The notes under the pieces were generated by a model. The model saw nothing but the letters and a program-made list of their open reading frames with translations. It did not search any database and was not told the origin of the DNA. A stretch of 64,000 nucleotides of DNA. Source: Candidatus Bathyarchaeota archaeon (GTDB taxonomy: Archaea > Thermoproteota > Bathyarchaeia > 40CM-2-53-6). Position 1 is the stretch's first letter. Each line of letters opens with the position of its first letter. Positions 39,991-50,653 of this stretch are shown here, one piece after another. The position numbers and the translations under genes were made by a program. The stretch lies in assembly GCA_963833125.1 (NCBI GenBank), contig CAWHWX010000001.1, positions 96,001-160,000 on the forward strand. Direction: 5' to 3'.

Positions 39991-41922
39991 GTGGATTCGG
40001 CAGTGGCTAGACTAGTAGATGATACTCAGGCAAGGATACGCGAAACCATAGTCACCCACATGCCGAAAGAAGCCGAGATCACAAGAATCGAATTCGAAGG
40101 ACCACGTCTCGCAATATACGTCAAGAACGTTGGGCTTCTCCTTGAACAGAGCCACATCGTAACCGAAATCGTCAACCTACTCCATAAGCGGGTTGTGGTA
40201 CGCTCTGACCCATCGATTCGACTAAAAGAGATTGAAGCTGAACGCCTGATAAAGGGAATCGTTCCCGCTGAAGCCGAAATTACTGAGATAAACTTCGACC
40301 CAAGTCTCGGCGAGGTTGTTATCGAAGCCAAGAAACCTGGGTTAGCCATAGGAAAGGATGGGTCCACACTTTCGGAAATCATCAAGACCACGAGTTGGCG
40401 GCCTAGAGTTCTCCGTGCCCCACCACTTCCATCAAAAATCATAGCGAGCAGCCGACACATCCTACACTCCGAAAGCGAAGAGAGAAGCAGGATCTTCCGC
40501 GATGTAGGAGAACGAATCTTCCGTCCCAGGTTATCCAAAACATCATCCGTCTACTTGACGACACTCGGAGGATTCCACGAAGTCGGCAGATCAGCAATGC
40601 TCATAGAAACTGAAGAAAGCTGTGTCCTAATGGATTGCGGCATCAACGCCGGTGCAGACATCCCCCAATACGCATATCCCAGATTAGATTCCGACGACTT
40701 CGACATCGAGAAACTAGACGCGGTCATCCTCTCACACGCACATCTCGATCATTGCGGGCTGATTCCGATCCTCTACAAGTACGGGTACGATGGACCCGTT
40801 TACTGTTCGGAGCCGACGGCGGTGTTGATGACTTTACTGCAATTGGATTACTTGGACATATTCGGTAAGGAAGGAGGCCACCCGCCATATGACCAGAAGG
40901 ACGTGCGGGAAGTTGTCTTGCACACCATACCAGTCAAGTACGGAGTCGTAACCGATGTGGCTCCAGACATCAAACTTACCCTCCACAACGCAGGCCACAT
41001 AATCGGAAGCTCCATAGTCCATCTCCACATCGGCGAAGGCCTCCACAATGTTGTGTACACGGGAGACTTCAAGTTCGGCAGGACCATGCTGCTCGAACCG
41101 GCCACTTGCTCTTTTCCGCGCGCTGAGACATTGATCATGGAGAGTACGTATGGTGGGCCGGATGATGTCATGTCGGATAGGGAGACGGTGGAAGGTCGAC
41201 TTGCAAAGATTGTGAATGAGACTGCTGAGAGAGGCGGTAGAGTTCTGATTCCGACGCTTGCTGTGGGACGTGCTCAGGAGATAATGCTTGTTTTGAACGC
41301 TTACATGAAGGACAAGAAGATCAAAGAGCTCCCGATTTTTTTGGAGGGCATGATTTCCGAGGCCACGGCGATTCACACAGCCTACCCTGAATACCTCTCC
41401 CGCAACCTCCGAGAACAAATTTTGTACAAGGACATTAACCCATTCCAGTCAGAATACTTCACGAATGTGGATCACCCCTCTGAACGTGAGAAGATCGCAA
41501 CGGGACCCCCATGCATCATACTCGCTACTTCAGGGATGATGGAAGGCGGGCCTGCGATAGATTATTTCCGTTACATGGCACCCGACGAGAAGAATACCTT
41601 GGTTTTTGTCAGCTACCAAGTTGAAGGAACATTAGGAAATAGGCTGAAGAATGGCGCCCGTGAAGTTTCCTTGATGGGACGCAACGGCAAACTTGAAGCC
41701 TTGAAAGTCAACCTACACGTCGATGCTGTTGAAGGCTTCTCGGGTCATTCCGACAGAAACCAACTCTTCGCTTTCCTTAAGCGGGTGTCACCTAGGCCTT
41801 CGAGAGTAATAATGGGACATGGAGAAAGACGAAAGACCGATCTATTTGCGCACCAAGTATCAAGAATTCTGAAACTGCGAACGGTAGCGCCCGACCTACA
41901 AGAGAAGTTAAGACTGAGGTAG
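39991..41922 (+). CDS. fttA: beta-CASP ribonuclease aCPSF1 / termination factor FttA
   Basis: N-terminal KH domains, HAHLDH, AGHIIGS, YTGD, GFSGHSD; conserved position after psmB. Confidence 0.95.
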   Translation: MDSAVARLVDDTQARIRETIVTHMPKEAEITRIEFEGPRLAIYVKNVGLLLEQSHIVTEIVNLLHKRVVVRSDPSIRLKEIEAERLIKGIVPAEAEITEINFDPSLGEVVIEAKKPGLAIGKDGSTLSEIIKTTSWRPRVLRAPPLPSKIIASSRHILHSESEERSRIFRDVGERIFRPRLSKTSSVYLTTLGGFHEVGRSAMLIETEESCVLMDCGINAGADIPQYAYPRLDSDDFDIEKLDAVILSHAHLDHCGLIPILYKYGYDGPVYCSEPTAVLMTLLQLDYLDIFGKEGGHPPYDQKDVREVVLHTIPVKYGVVTDVAPDIKLTLHNAGHIIGSSIVHLHIGEGLHNVVYTGDFKFGRTMLLEPATCSFPRAETLIMESTYGGPDDVMSDRETVEGRLAKIVNETAERGGRVLIPTLAVGRAQEIMLVLNAYMKDKKIKELPIFLEGMISEATAIHTAYPEYLSRNLREQILYKDINPFQSEYFTNVDHPSEREKIATGPPCIILATSGMMEGGPAIDYFRYMAPDEKNTLVFVSYQVEGTLGNRLKNGAREVSLMGRNGKLEALKVNLHVDAVEGFSGHSDRNQLFAFLKRVSPRPSRVIMGHGERRKTDLFAHQVSRILKLRTVAPDLQEKLRLR

Positions 41923-41954
41923 ACTAGGCCCCAGCTCAGCGCAGAAAAGACGGA

Positions 41955-42320
41955 CTAGTTTTCCTCGTTAGATGCCACGCCAGTAGCGGTGGCTTCTACA
42001 GGAGAATTCTCTCTCCGACGCCAAACCTTGACGGTAGGCGGCGTCATGACAATTCGTTCCTCGCCGAGTCTTGCGATATCTCCTTGAATTGATTTCACGA
42101 AAGCTAAGAGTTCACTGATAGCAGACTTGGTCTCCTCGACGCTCCTCTTGGCTATAGGGCTGATTTTAACGATCAATATATTTCCCTCAATTATCTCCGC
42201 CTTGATCCTCGGCACATCAGTTGGATCACGAAGCGGGAACGCCTTAACATAGATTGGATGCTGAATTGAAGGATTAACTAAAGGAAACCTTTCGTCTCCT
42301 ACATAATTAGAGCCAATCAA
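41955..42320 (-). CDS. SepF/DUF552 family protein
   Basis: DVPRIKAEIIEGNILIVKI...GDIARLGEERIVMTP. Confidence 0.8.
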   Translation of the reverse strand: MIGSNYVGDERFPLVNPSIQHPIYVKAFPLRDPTDVPRIKAEIIEGNILIVKISPIAKRSVEETKSAISELLAFVKSIQGDIARLGEERIVMTPPTVKVWRRRENSPVEATATGVASNEEN

Positions 42321-42519
42321 ATTTAGTCCAGCTAATTCGAGCGGTTTCTCTCTGGATAACAGTTTAAACGTTTGCGCCCAAAGGGAGGGATTCTAACATG
42401 CCCGTGTTAAGACTTAGGAGGGCCAGCATAGAGAAGTGTGCGGAGGTTGTCACGCACGCGCCTACAAATTCAGCACCATAACACAGCGGAATTACGTCGA
42501 TTTCTACTGGAAAAATGGC

Positions 42520-43008
42520 TCAACTGGGCTTGTTATAGGCCGTCCAAAGCTCGTCACCGACGAAATGAACGTTTTTGATAACCTTACCCTTACTCATCGA
42601 CTTCATTTCCGTCGACTCTACTTCGGCTAGGCCTAAAGCGAGTGGCTTACCGTATTTTTCATCTACAATTACCAGCAGATCGCCCTTAGCAAGATTGCTC
42701 GGAACTTCCCTTATTCCAGGGCGCATAATATCGGCGCCGTTTGCGACATGCGCCACTGCGCCCATATCGACAACAACTCGCGGCAACAAGTTGACAAATT
42801 TATCGAACTTCAACGATGGGAGTAAACCAATTGTTCTCCGCAGGATCCAGGGTGAATTATCCACGAAATACACCATCTCGTCACCGACCTCGAGCTCATC
42901 AAAGCTCTTCGCCGCTACGAGTAATCCTTCACTGCCAGGATAACGACCAACGAATTCTCTAACAAGCCCCTTGACTTCTTTGTCTTTAAGACGGATCATT
43001 GACGGCAA
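42520..43008 (-). CDS. PUA-domain RNA-binding protein (DUF1947, MCT-1-like)
   Basis: VVVDMGAV..VANGADIMRPGI...KGK.IKNVHFVGDELW. Confidence 0.9.
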   Translation of the reverse strand: MPSMIRLKDKEVKGLVREFVGRYPGSEGLLVAAKSFDELEVGDEMVYFVDNSPWILRRTIGLLPSLKFDKFVNLLPRVVVDMGAVAHVANGADIMRPGIREVPSNLAKGDLLVIVDEKYGKPLALGLAEVESTEMKSMSKGKVIKNVHFVGDELWTAYNKPS

Positions 43009-43163
43009 TGAGTTTCAACTCTCATGTTCCTTGGCGACCAGACGCGAAATCATTCGAAGGCGCTTCCAGCTAAACTGGCTAGTAGGTTACGTAGCCTAAT
43101 CTTTAATTTGGAGCTTCCTCTTTTACGGAACCCTTACGTCAACAAATCAGGTCAGAAAAAGCA

Positions 43164-43394
43164 ATGTCAGCAGTCGCCGATAAGATCTTCGAAGAGAGCC
43201 TCAGCAAAACCGTTCTCGTGGAACTGAAAGGAAGCCGCACCATACGCGGGAAACTCTACAGCTACGACCAGCACATGAATTTAGTCCTCGAGGACGCGGA
43301 AGACGTTTCGAACCCAGAGAATACTCGGAACATTGGAACGATTATTGTTAGGGGCGACAACGTAGTTCTCGTATCTCCACCTCCGAAACGGTAG
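43164..43394 (+). CDS. Sm-like archaeal protein (SmAP/Lsm)
   Basis: G.L.SYDQHMNLVL and IIVRGDNVV motifs; upstream of L37e. Confidence 0.95.
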   Translation: MSAVADKIFEESLSKTVLVELKGSRTIRGKLYSYDQHMNLVLEDAEDVSNPENTRNIGTIIVRGDNVVLVSPPPKR

Positions 43395-43431
43395 TTTCGT
43401 TAATTTAGCAGATCACGGGACGTGAAAGGTT

Positions 43432-43623
43432 TTGACGAAAGGAACCGCCTCATTCGGAAGACGAGGCCGTTCCAAGACTCACATCCGATGCAGACGATGC
43501 GGACGACACTCTTATCACATCAGATGGAAACGTTGCTCGGCTTGCGGCTTTGGAGCATCCAAGAAACTGCGAAGCTACTCCTGGCAGACGCACACTCTAA
43601 ACAGAGAACGAAGAATCAGGTAG
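43432..43623 (+). CDS. rpl37e: 50S ribosomal protein L37e
   Basis: TKGTASFG...THIRCRRCGRHSYH...CSACGFG. Confidence 0.96.
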   Translation: MTKGTASFGRRGRSKTHIRCRRCGRHSYHIRWKRCSACGFGASKKLRSYSWQTHTLNRERRIR

Positions 43624-43738
43624 CTCCAAGGATACATTCATTTCTTCGCTGGACTGCAAACTTTCAGTCAGATTTCCACCCATTCCTGATCCGAAGGTCG
43701 AGAGTGTGAGTTGCGCTCGACCTTGAATATTCCAGTGA

Positions 43739-44488
43739 CTAAGCTGTCGTGGCTGGCTGAACAGTCGCCACCGGCGGTGGTGGTGCGGCGGCAGGTGCTT
43801 CCGGAGGCTTCTTGAACGTCTCAAGAAACGTAACTGTTACGATCTTTGGCAGGTATTTTTCTACATCAGCAGTTAACGTACGCTTAGCAACTTGCAATCC
43901 TTCTAAGAAGAACGCTTCTTCTGGAATCTCGACTTGGAGGCTAACGTTCTCGATCTTAATCGAAAACTTTTGTCGGTCTACAGATGGAATTTGTTTGTGA
44001 ATTAGGTTGCGTACTTTCTCATCGTCGGCTTCAATGACTTTTTCTAGAGTTATGTCGTATATGAGTGTCTTACCCGCAAATGGGTGGTTGTAGTCTACCT
44101 GAACTCGGCCCGCTCCCACGGAGCGAACTAGGGCTGTCTTGCCGTCTATGTTTACTTGCAATCCCGGAACAGGGTTCAAGCCTTCAGCCGCGAATTTTCG
44201 AAGCGGAACAAGTCGAACCTTCTTGGGATCACGAACACCATATCCCTTGTCTGGAGGGAGCTCGACAGTGGTCGCCTTTCCGATTTCAAGATTCGGCAAT
44301 GCCTCGTCTAGTCCCTTTGGCACCCATCCCTCCCCGACTATGATGAAGAACGGCTCGTAATGCTCTTCCCCGCGGTAGAGCTTCTTTTCCTTAGCTACAC
44401 TCTCCAGCGTCGTCCCAACGGTCTCTCCGCTCTCCTTTACCCTGAGTGTGTAGTTGGCGAGTATGAAATCTCCACTCTTAACTGGCAA
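43739..44488 (-). CDS. slyD: FKBP-type peptidyl-prolyl isomerase (long archaeal SlyD type)
   Basis: GDFILANYT, GLDEAL, YG.RDP, VDYNHPFAGKTL. Confidence 0.92.
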   Translation of the reverse strand: MPVKSGDFILANYTLRVKESGETVGTTLESVAKEKKLYRGEEHYEPFFIIVGEGWVPKGLDEALPNLEIGKATTVELPPDKGYGVRDPKKVRLVPLRKFAAEGLNPVPGLQVNIDGKTALVRSVGAGRVQVDYNHPFAGKTLIYDITLEKVIEADDEKVRNLIHKQIPSVDRQKFSIKIENVSLQVEIPEEAFFLEGLQVAKRTLTADVEKYLPKIVTVTFLETFKKPPEAPAAAPPPPVATVQPATTA

Positions 44489-44764
44489 TCGAATTCACCT
44501 TGAACTTTGAAGGTGGAGCTAAGATTTGGCCGCTCTACATTAATCTTTCAGCACCTGATGGCCTTCAGGATTAAAGCACCCCCGGTCAATGCCAATACGA
44601 ATGCTGCGGTTGGTTTTCTCCTCTAAGGGTTATTTTCTCTGCAGCGGGCCAATGTTATTTCACTCTCACGAGCATCGACTCTTTTTCTGAACTTCTCCGC
44701 TCTTGAGTTTTCAACTCCATTCTTTTATGGCGGTGTCAAAGTGGTCAACGTGCGGTGTGGTTAG

Positions 44765-45835
44765 GTGAAGCTCTTCACTGTTGGACCGGTGGCCTGCTAT
44801 CCTGAAGTGCTTGAAGCGATGGGGCGCCAGATGCTAAGCCATCGGAGTAAAGAGTACCTCACCATGCACTATGAGACCGTCAAACTTTTACAAGATTTCA
44901 TTTCGACGAAAAACGAGATTTTCCTATTCACCAGCACAGGGACAGGTTTCATGGAGGCGTCTGTAAGGAACTGCGTTAGAAAGAAAATGTTGTGCTGCAT
45001 AAACGGAAGTTTCGGCGAACGCTTCGCCGAAGTCGCAGAATCCAATGGCATAACCATCGTGAAACTAGCCCCACCCCTCGGACAACCCATCTCAGTAGAG
45101 GAATTGGATCAGGCTTTGAGGAAAAACCCTGACGTTGAAGCTGTAGCCCTCACCCACAATGAGACAAGCGTCGGCCTCATCAACCCACTCAAAGAACTAG
45201 CAGCCATCGTCAAGAAACATGGCAAGCTACTCTTCGTAGACGCAGTAAGCTCAATGGGAGGTACCGACATCAAGGTGGATGAATTGGGAATTGATGTTTG
45301 TTTTTCAAGCTCACAGAAATGCTTCGGCGTCCCCCCCGGTTTAGGAATGGGAAGCGTAAGCGAACAGGCGCTGAACCTTTCCGCGACAGCTACGAACAAG
45401 GGATGGTACTTCGACTTCAAAGTCTGGGAAGAAGATCAGAAGAAAGGGCATGGGACCCCCGTCACCTCAGTCATACCACAAATCGCTGGCCTCAACACAG
45501 CGCTGAAAATGATTCAGCAGAAGGGCGGAAAGAAATGGTACTTCGACCTGTATAGAGAACGGAATCGCAAAATTAGAGATGGGATCCAAAAAATCGGACT
45601 ATCCACCTTTCCACAGAAAGGCTCTGAGAGCCCCACGGTGAACTGCATCAACGCACCAAAAACCATGGAGGGCGGTGCCGTTTATGAGAACATGCGTCAA
45701 AATGGATTCGAACTGGCGGAAGGATACGGGCCGCTGAAGAAGAAAACATTCAGAATCGGAAACATGGGTTACATAGAAATGAGCGACATTGATCTGATGC
45801 TGAAAACTCTCAACGACGTCACCTCATCCAAATGA
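44765..45835 (+). CDS. Class V aminotransferase (alanine-glyoxylate/serine-pyruvate type)
   Basis: HNETS.G, VDAVSS, SSQKC.GVPPG, FRIGNMG. Confidence 0.92.
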   Translation: MKLFTVGPVACYPEVLEAMGRQMLSHRSKEYLTMHYETVKLLQDFISTKNEIFLFTSTGTGFMEASVRNCVRKKMLCCINGSFGERFAEVAESNGITIVKLAPPLGQPISVEELDQALRKNPDVEAVALTHNETSVGLINPLKELAAIVKKHGKLLFVDAVSSMGGTDIKVDELGIDVCFSSSQKCFGVPPGLGMGSVSEQALNLSATATNKGWYFDFKVWEEDQKKGHGTPVTSVIPQIAGLNTALKMIQQKGGKKWYFDLYRERNRKIRDGIQKIGLSTFPQKGSESPTVNCINAPKTMEGGAVYENMRQNGFELAEGYGPLKKKTFRIGNMGYIEMSDIDLMLKTLNDVTSSK

Positions 45836-45916
45836 CAGTCGACACTGCCTTAGATGTGGAGAGTTGAGAAGTGCTTTTCTGCAAGGCCTCGCCTCTTGAT
45901 GAACTAGCAGTAAACA

Positions 45917-47212
45917 ATGTCGATTAGGCTCGGCAAAATCATGGGGATACCCGTACGTATCCACTACACTCTATGGCTCGTTTTCCTTCTCATCGCATGG
46001 TCACTAGCATACGGCTACATGCCCCATCAATATCCCGGGCTCAGTGAACTAACATACTGGACCATTGGAATCGCATCTTCCATTGTCTTGTTCGTTTCTG
46101 TTCTCATCCACGAGCTTTCGCACTCGTATATCGCGAAAAAGAATGGGTTGCCGATAGCCAGAATTACACTCTTCTTCTTTGGTGGGAGTTTCTGAAATGA
46201 CAGAGGAACCTCAAGATCCTGGGCTGGAGGTTCGCATGGCCGCTGCCGGGCCACTGATGAGTTTTCTCATTGCCGGTGTTCTTGGTGCGATCTGGTACTT
46301 GGGGCAATTTGCTCATCTACCAATCATCATAACGGCCACGGTTGGATATGGGGCGTTAATCAACGCGGTACTAGGCGCATTCAATCTCTTACCCGCCTTC
46401 CCGCTTGACGGTGGACGCGTGTTCCGCGGAAGCCTGTGGAAGCACTCGAACAATCTAATCAGTGCAACACGAACCGCTACGCGAGTAAGTGAAGCTCTCT
46501 CAATACTCATGATGGTTGGTGGCTTCGTAGCGATAATTTTTGGAGACTTCGTGGATGGAATCTGGATTGTAGTGTTGGGTTGGTTCATCAAGTCCGGTGC
46601 AGAAACCAGCCTTAGACAGACGCTAGTTGGTGAATCGCTCAGTGGAGTAACTGTAGGGAACATCATGACATGGCAAGCCTTGACGGTGCCGCCGAACATT
46701 ACTGTTCAACAGGTGGTTTCTGATTACTTCCTTGTCCACCCGCACGGGGGCTACCCCGTCGTCAGCGATGGGCAGCTACTGGGGTTGATTACATTACAAT
46801 GCGTCCGTACTGTTCCGAAGGAGATGCGGAGCTCCGAGACTGTTGCGCAAGCAATGGTACCTATGGAACGTGCAGTGACAGCCCCGCCTAACCTCTCAGC
46901 CTCTAGATGCGGTACACAAGATGGCGCGAGAAGGTAGGTAGGCTTCTAGTTACAGAGAACGGAAAGCTACTCGGCATCGTAACCAGGGGGGATTTAATGA
47001 AAACCATCCAGACCCGACAGGACCCTGAACTAAAGTCAGAGTGGAAACCCCCCTCAGCTACGCCGCCGGTACGCTACTGTATCCAATGCGGCGCTCAACT
47101 CCCCATTGGAACAAGCATCTGCCCGCACTGCAACGCCACTCAACACCCAATGAAGCATCATCGGCTTGCACTGCCCATAATCCTAAGTATCTTCGTTGCG
47201 CGCACTCAATAG
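45917..47212 (+). CDS. Site-2 (M50) metalloprotease with CBS domains and C-terminal Zn ribbon (indels)
   Basis: HELSH, AGP, FNLLPAFPLDGGR, CBS pair, CIQCG...CPHC across three ORFs. Confidence 0.88.
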
Positions 47213-47219
47213 GCGGATT

Positions 47220-48590
47220 ATGGTTTCCTTGCAAGAATTGAGTTTTGAAGAAGCGCCGAGGATCGTCGTTAAACCTCCAGGTCCCAAATCTAAAGAACTG
47301 TTAGCAAAACAATCAGCGCTTGAAACGCGGGCTGTAGTTTACAGCAAGGCTTTCCCCATAGGTATAGATTCAGCTAGAGGGGCGACCATCAAAGATGTTG
47401 ATGGGAACGTTTTCATCGACTGGGTTGCAGGAATCTGCGTACTCAACCTAGGCCACAACAACCCCTTCATCACAGCAGCCGTGAAATCTCAACTTGAGCG
47501 AATTTGGCACGCGCTTGAGATTCCAACCGAAGCGAGAATCAACTTTCTTGAAAAGTTGCATTCCATTCTCCCAGGTCACCTACGTGGTAATGCGAAGGTT
47601 CTGTTGACGGTGACCGGAGGGGACGCATGTGAAGCTGCAATTAGCTTGGCTAAACATGTGACTGGGAGGAATACGATCATTGCGTTCGGAGGATCTTACC
47701 ACGGCGTCCATCAAGGCATCGTCAGCCTAACATCCAGTAGACACTACCTTGAATCGGCGCACACCGTACGATCAGGCGTCTTCCACCTACCCTACCCGTA
47801 CACGTACCGGTTTCCGTTCCCAGTTCAGAAGAAGGGAGACGAGGGTAAGGTCATTCTGAGGTACCTAGAGGATTTGCTGGTAGACGAACATTCAGGCCTC
47901 GATCAGCCGGCCGGAATCTTTGTGGAACCCATCCAAGGAGAAGGGGGATACATTGTCCCACCCGATGACTTCCTCCCCGGCCTGAGAGAAATTGCGAATA
48001 GATTTCAAATCCCACTGATAATTGACGAAGTGCAAACTGGGTACGGTAGAACCGGAAAATTCTGGGGCTGCGAACTCACCAACACCTCTCCTGACATCAT
48101 GTGCGTCTCAAAATCCGTTGGAGCCGGGATACCTCTCTCACTAATCGCGTACAAGAAAGAATTTGATGAAACCGTCCCCGAAGCGTTCCATTTGGGAACC
48201 TACCGGGGTAACCCACTCGCCATGGCCGCCGGCGCCGCGACCATCGACTACATTAGAAAAGAAAACCTCCTCAACCACGTCACCCGCCTAGGTGAAAAAA
48301 TGGAAGCGAGGTTTGAGCAAATCGCTGAGTCCAGCAAGAACGTGGGCGAAGTCAGAGGACGGGGGTTCATGATCGGCAATGAGATCGTAGAGTCGAAGCA
48401 AACTAAGGCACCGTCGAAGCCAAACGCAGTCAAAATGCGAAAGGACATGCTCGAGAACGGACTACTAATGCACACATGCGGCCATTATGGCAATGTCCTC
48501 CGCTTCATGGCACCACTGGTAATCAGCGAAACTCTCCTGGAAAAAGGCTTAGAGGTCTATGAGAGAGCCGCTAAATCCTCTGCAAGTTAA
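47220..48590 (+). CDS. Class III aminotransferase (4-aminobutyrate aminotransferase-like)
   Basis: EPIQGEGG, DEVQTGYGRTG, SK, TYRGNP; adjacent to an aldehyde dehydrogenase. Confidence 0.9.
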   Translation: MVSLQELSFEEAPRIVVKPPGPKSKELLAKQSALETRAVVYSKAFPIGIDSARGATIKDVDGNVFIDWVAGICVLNLGHNNPFITAAVKSQLERIWHALEIPTEARINFLEKLHSILPGHLRGNAKVLLTVTGGDACEAAISLAKHVTGRNTIIAFGGSYHGVHQGIVSLTSSRHYLESAHTVRSGVFHLPYPYTYRFPFPVQKKGDEGKVILRYLEDLLVDEHSGLDQPAGIFVEPIQGEGGYIVPPDDFLPGLREIANRFQIPLIIDEVQTGYGRTGKFWGCELTNTSPDIMCVSKSVGAGIPLSLIAYKKEFDETVPEAFHLGTYRGNPLAMAAGAATIDYIRKENLLNHVTRLGEKMEARFEQIAESSKNVGEVRGRGFMIGNEIVESKQTKAPSKPNAVKMRKDMLENGLLMHTCGHYGNVLRFMAPLVISETLLEKGLEVYERAAKSSAS

Positions 48591-48638
48591 CAGGTGAATA
48601 ATAAAGAACGCCGCTCGATGTGGATAGGTGGAAACACA

Positions 48639-49955
48639 TTGGCCATCGTTACAATAAACCCATACACTGGGCAGAGACTGCATGAGTACCAAGAAGAGAG
48701 CATTGACGATATCAAAAGTAAGATTTCTTCATTAAAGGAAACGCAGCTGAAATGGAAGCGCGACCTGGATGCCAGGCTTGAGAGACTGAAAGAAATCAAG
48801 AAGAAAATGGAAACCGAGCTGCCAGCGCTCGCCGCACTCATGAGTACCGAGATGGGGAAACCCGTCGCGCAAGGTGAAGCCGAAGTTAAGAAGTGCGTTT
48901 GGGTAATTGATTACATAACCGAAAACGCAAGCACAATGCTTGCCCCGGAACAGGTAAAGACTGACGCAAAGAAAAGCTACATCAGGTTCGACCCGCTCGG
49001 CACAATTTTTCTAATCATGCCCTGGAACTTCCCCGCTTGGCAGGTCATGCGCGCAGCCATCCCAGCAATGGCAGCAGGTAACACTATCTTGCTCAAGCAT
49101 GCCTCAATCGTAACAGGAACCAGTCTCAAACTAGAGGAAATCATAGGCTCGGACATTTTCAAATCCACCATCTGCCGAGGCAGCGTCGCACTGAGCGCCA
49201 TCAAATATGTTGACGGCGTTTCCTTCACCGGCTCCACCGAGATCGGGTCGAAGATTGGGGAGGAAGCCGGGCGGGAGATCAAGAAGGTTGTCTTGGAGCT
49301 AGGTGGTTCTGACCCATACATAGTCTTAGGAAGCGCAAACCTAAACGACGCCATCAAGAACGCTACATTCGCCAGAATCCAGAACAACGGCCAATCCTGC
49401 ATCGCATCAAAACGTTTCATCGTCGACGACAAGATCTTCGACAGCTTCTACAAGGGCATGAAGGAACAATTTTCAAACGTCAAAATCGGCGACCCGCTCG
49501 ATAAGACCACTTTCCTAGGCCCCCTCTCAAGCAGCGAACAGAAGCAAACCGTAACGAAACAAATTGAGGAGTTAAAGCCAATTGGTAAAGTCGAAGCACT
49601 CGCCAACAAAACGGACGGAAACTTCGTTCCTCCAACGATCGTTCGCACTGATGCCCTGTACGATCAGGAAGTGTTCGGTCCAGTCGCGATTCTCAAAAGA
49701 TTCAAGACAAACGAGGAAGCGGTCAAAATAGCGAACGAAACGCCTTTTGGGTTAGGTGCTTCCGTGTGGGGGAACCCCGAAGAAGCGGAACGACTCATCC
49801 CATCGATAGAGACAGGAATGGTATTTATCAACAAGATAGTTGCCTCAGACCCACGGCTACCGTTCGGAGGACTAAAGAAAAGCGGGTTGGGAAGCGAACT
49901 CTCCCGGTATGGACTACTCGAGTTCACAGCCAAACGTACGGTTTGGATAAACTAG
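48639..49955 (+). CDS. Aldehyde dehydrogenase (succinate-semialdehyde dehydrogenase-like)
   Basis: IMPWNFP, FTGS, LELGGSDP, GQSCIASKR, EVFGP, PFGG.K.SG. Confidence 0.92.
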   Translation: MAIVTINPYTGQRLHEYQEESIDDIKSKISSLKETQLKWKRDLDARLERLKEIKKKMETELPALAALMSTEMGKPVAQGEAEVKKCVWVIDYITENASTMLAPEQVKTDAKKSYIRFDPLGTIFLIMPWNFPAWQVMRAAIPAMAAGNTILLKHASIVTGTSLKLEEIIGSDIFKSTICRGSVALSAIKYVDGVSFTGSTEIGSKIGEEAGREIKKVVLELGGSDPYIVLGSANLNDAIKNATFARIQNNGQSCIASKRFIVDDKIFDSFYKGMKEQFSNVKIGDPLDKTTFLGPLSSSEQKQTVTKQIEELKPIGKVEALANKTDGNFVPPTIVRTDALYDQEVFGPVAILKRFKTNEEAVKIANETPFGLGASVWGNPEEAERLIPSIETGMVFINKIVASDPRLPFGGLKKSGLGSELSRYGLLEFTAKRTVWIN

Positions 49956-49980
49956 CAAACCAGACTACCTTCAGACCAGG

Positions 49981-50460
49981 TCAGTGCGGTTTGCCAGCTT
50001 TCTGCAGCCGATCCCTGTGTCTCTGCTCACCCTCTCTCCACCGTCTTTTCTCTTCGTCGGTTTCCGGTGCGAGTGTCGGTAGAATTATTGGTTTTTTGTC
50101 TTTCCCGAGGCCGACGTAGGTTAGGAAGCACGTCCCAGCATGTCTTACCTCACCGGTGAGGGGATTTTCAGCCTCCACCCGGACTCCAAGCTCCATTGAG
50201 GTATTGTGAACGTAATTCACTGAGGCTTCTAAGCGAAGCATATCCCCAATGTAGGCGGGAGCTAGGAAATCCATTCGATCTATTGAGGCGGTTACTAGGT
50301 TACATCGGGCATGCTTTAGTGCAGCCAACCACGCGGCCTCCTCAATCAAACTGAGAATTCTTCCGCCGAACACATTACCCATCGCGTTAGCATCCATAGG
50401 TAACATTATCCTCGTCACGGTAACGTACGATTCTCTAGGTGTCTTGCTTACTTGACTCAT
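49981..50460 (-). CDS. Acyl-CoA thioesterase (hotdog fold)
   Basis: P.DAN..GNVFGG, VTASID...F..P. Confidence 0.9.
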   Translation of the reverse strand: MSQVSKTPRESYVTVTRIMLPMDANAMGNVFGGRILSLIEEAAWLAALKHARCNLVTASIDRMDFLAPAYIGDMLRLEASVNYVHNTSMELGVRVEAENPLTGEVRHAGTCFLTYVGLGKDKKPIILPTLAPETDEEKRRWREGEQRHRDRLQKAGKPH

Positions 50461-50653
50461 AACAATCAAAGGACATAACAGATGTGCATGCTGTAAGACT
50501 TTGCATCTCAAAACGATCGGGCGACCCAGTCTGAGCTGCCCTAACTCTCGTTAGGAACTAGCAAGACGAGAAGGTTGAAAGAGCTCGGAAGAATGGTATT
50601 AGATGCCCCAGGTCGGCTCTTCTATGCTTCAAGGAAATTTCAGCAGTTCACGT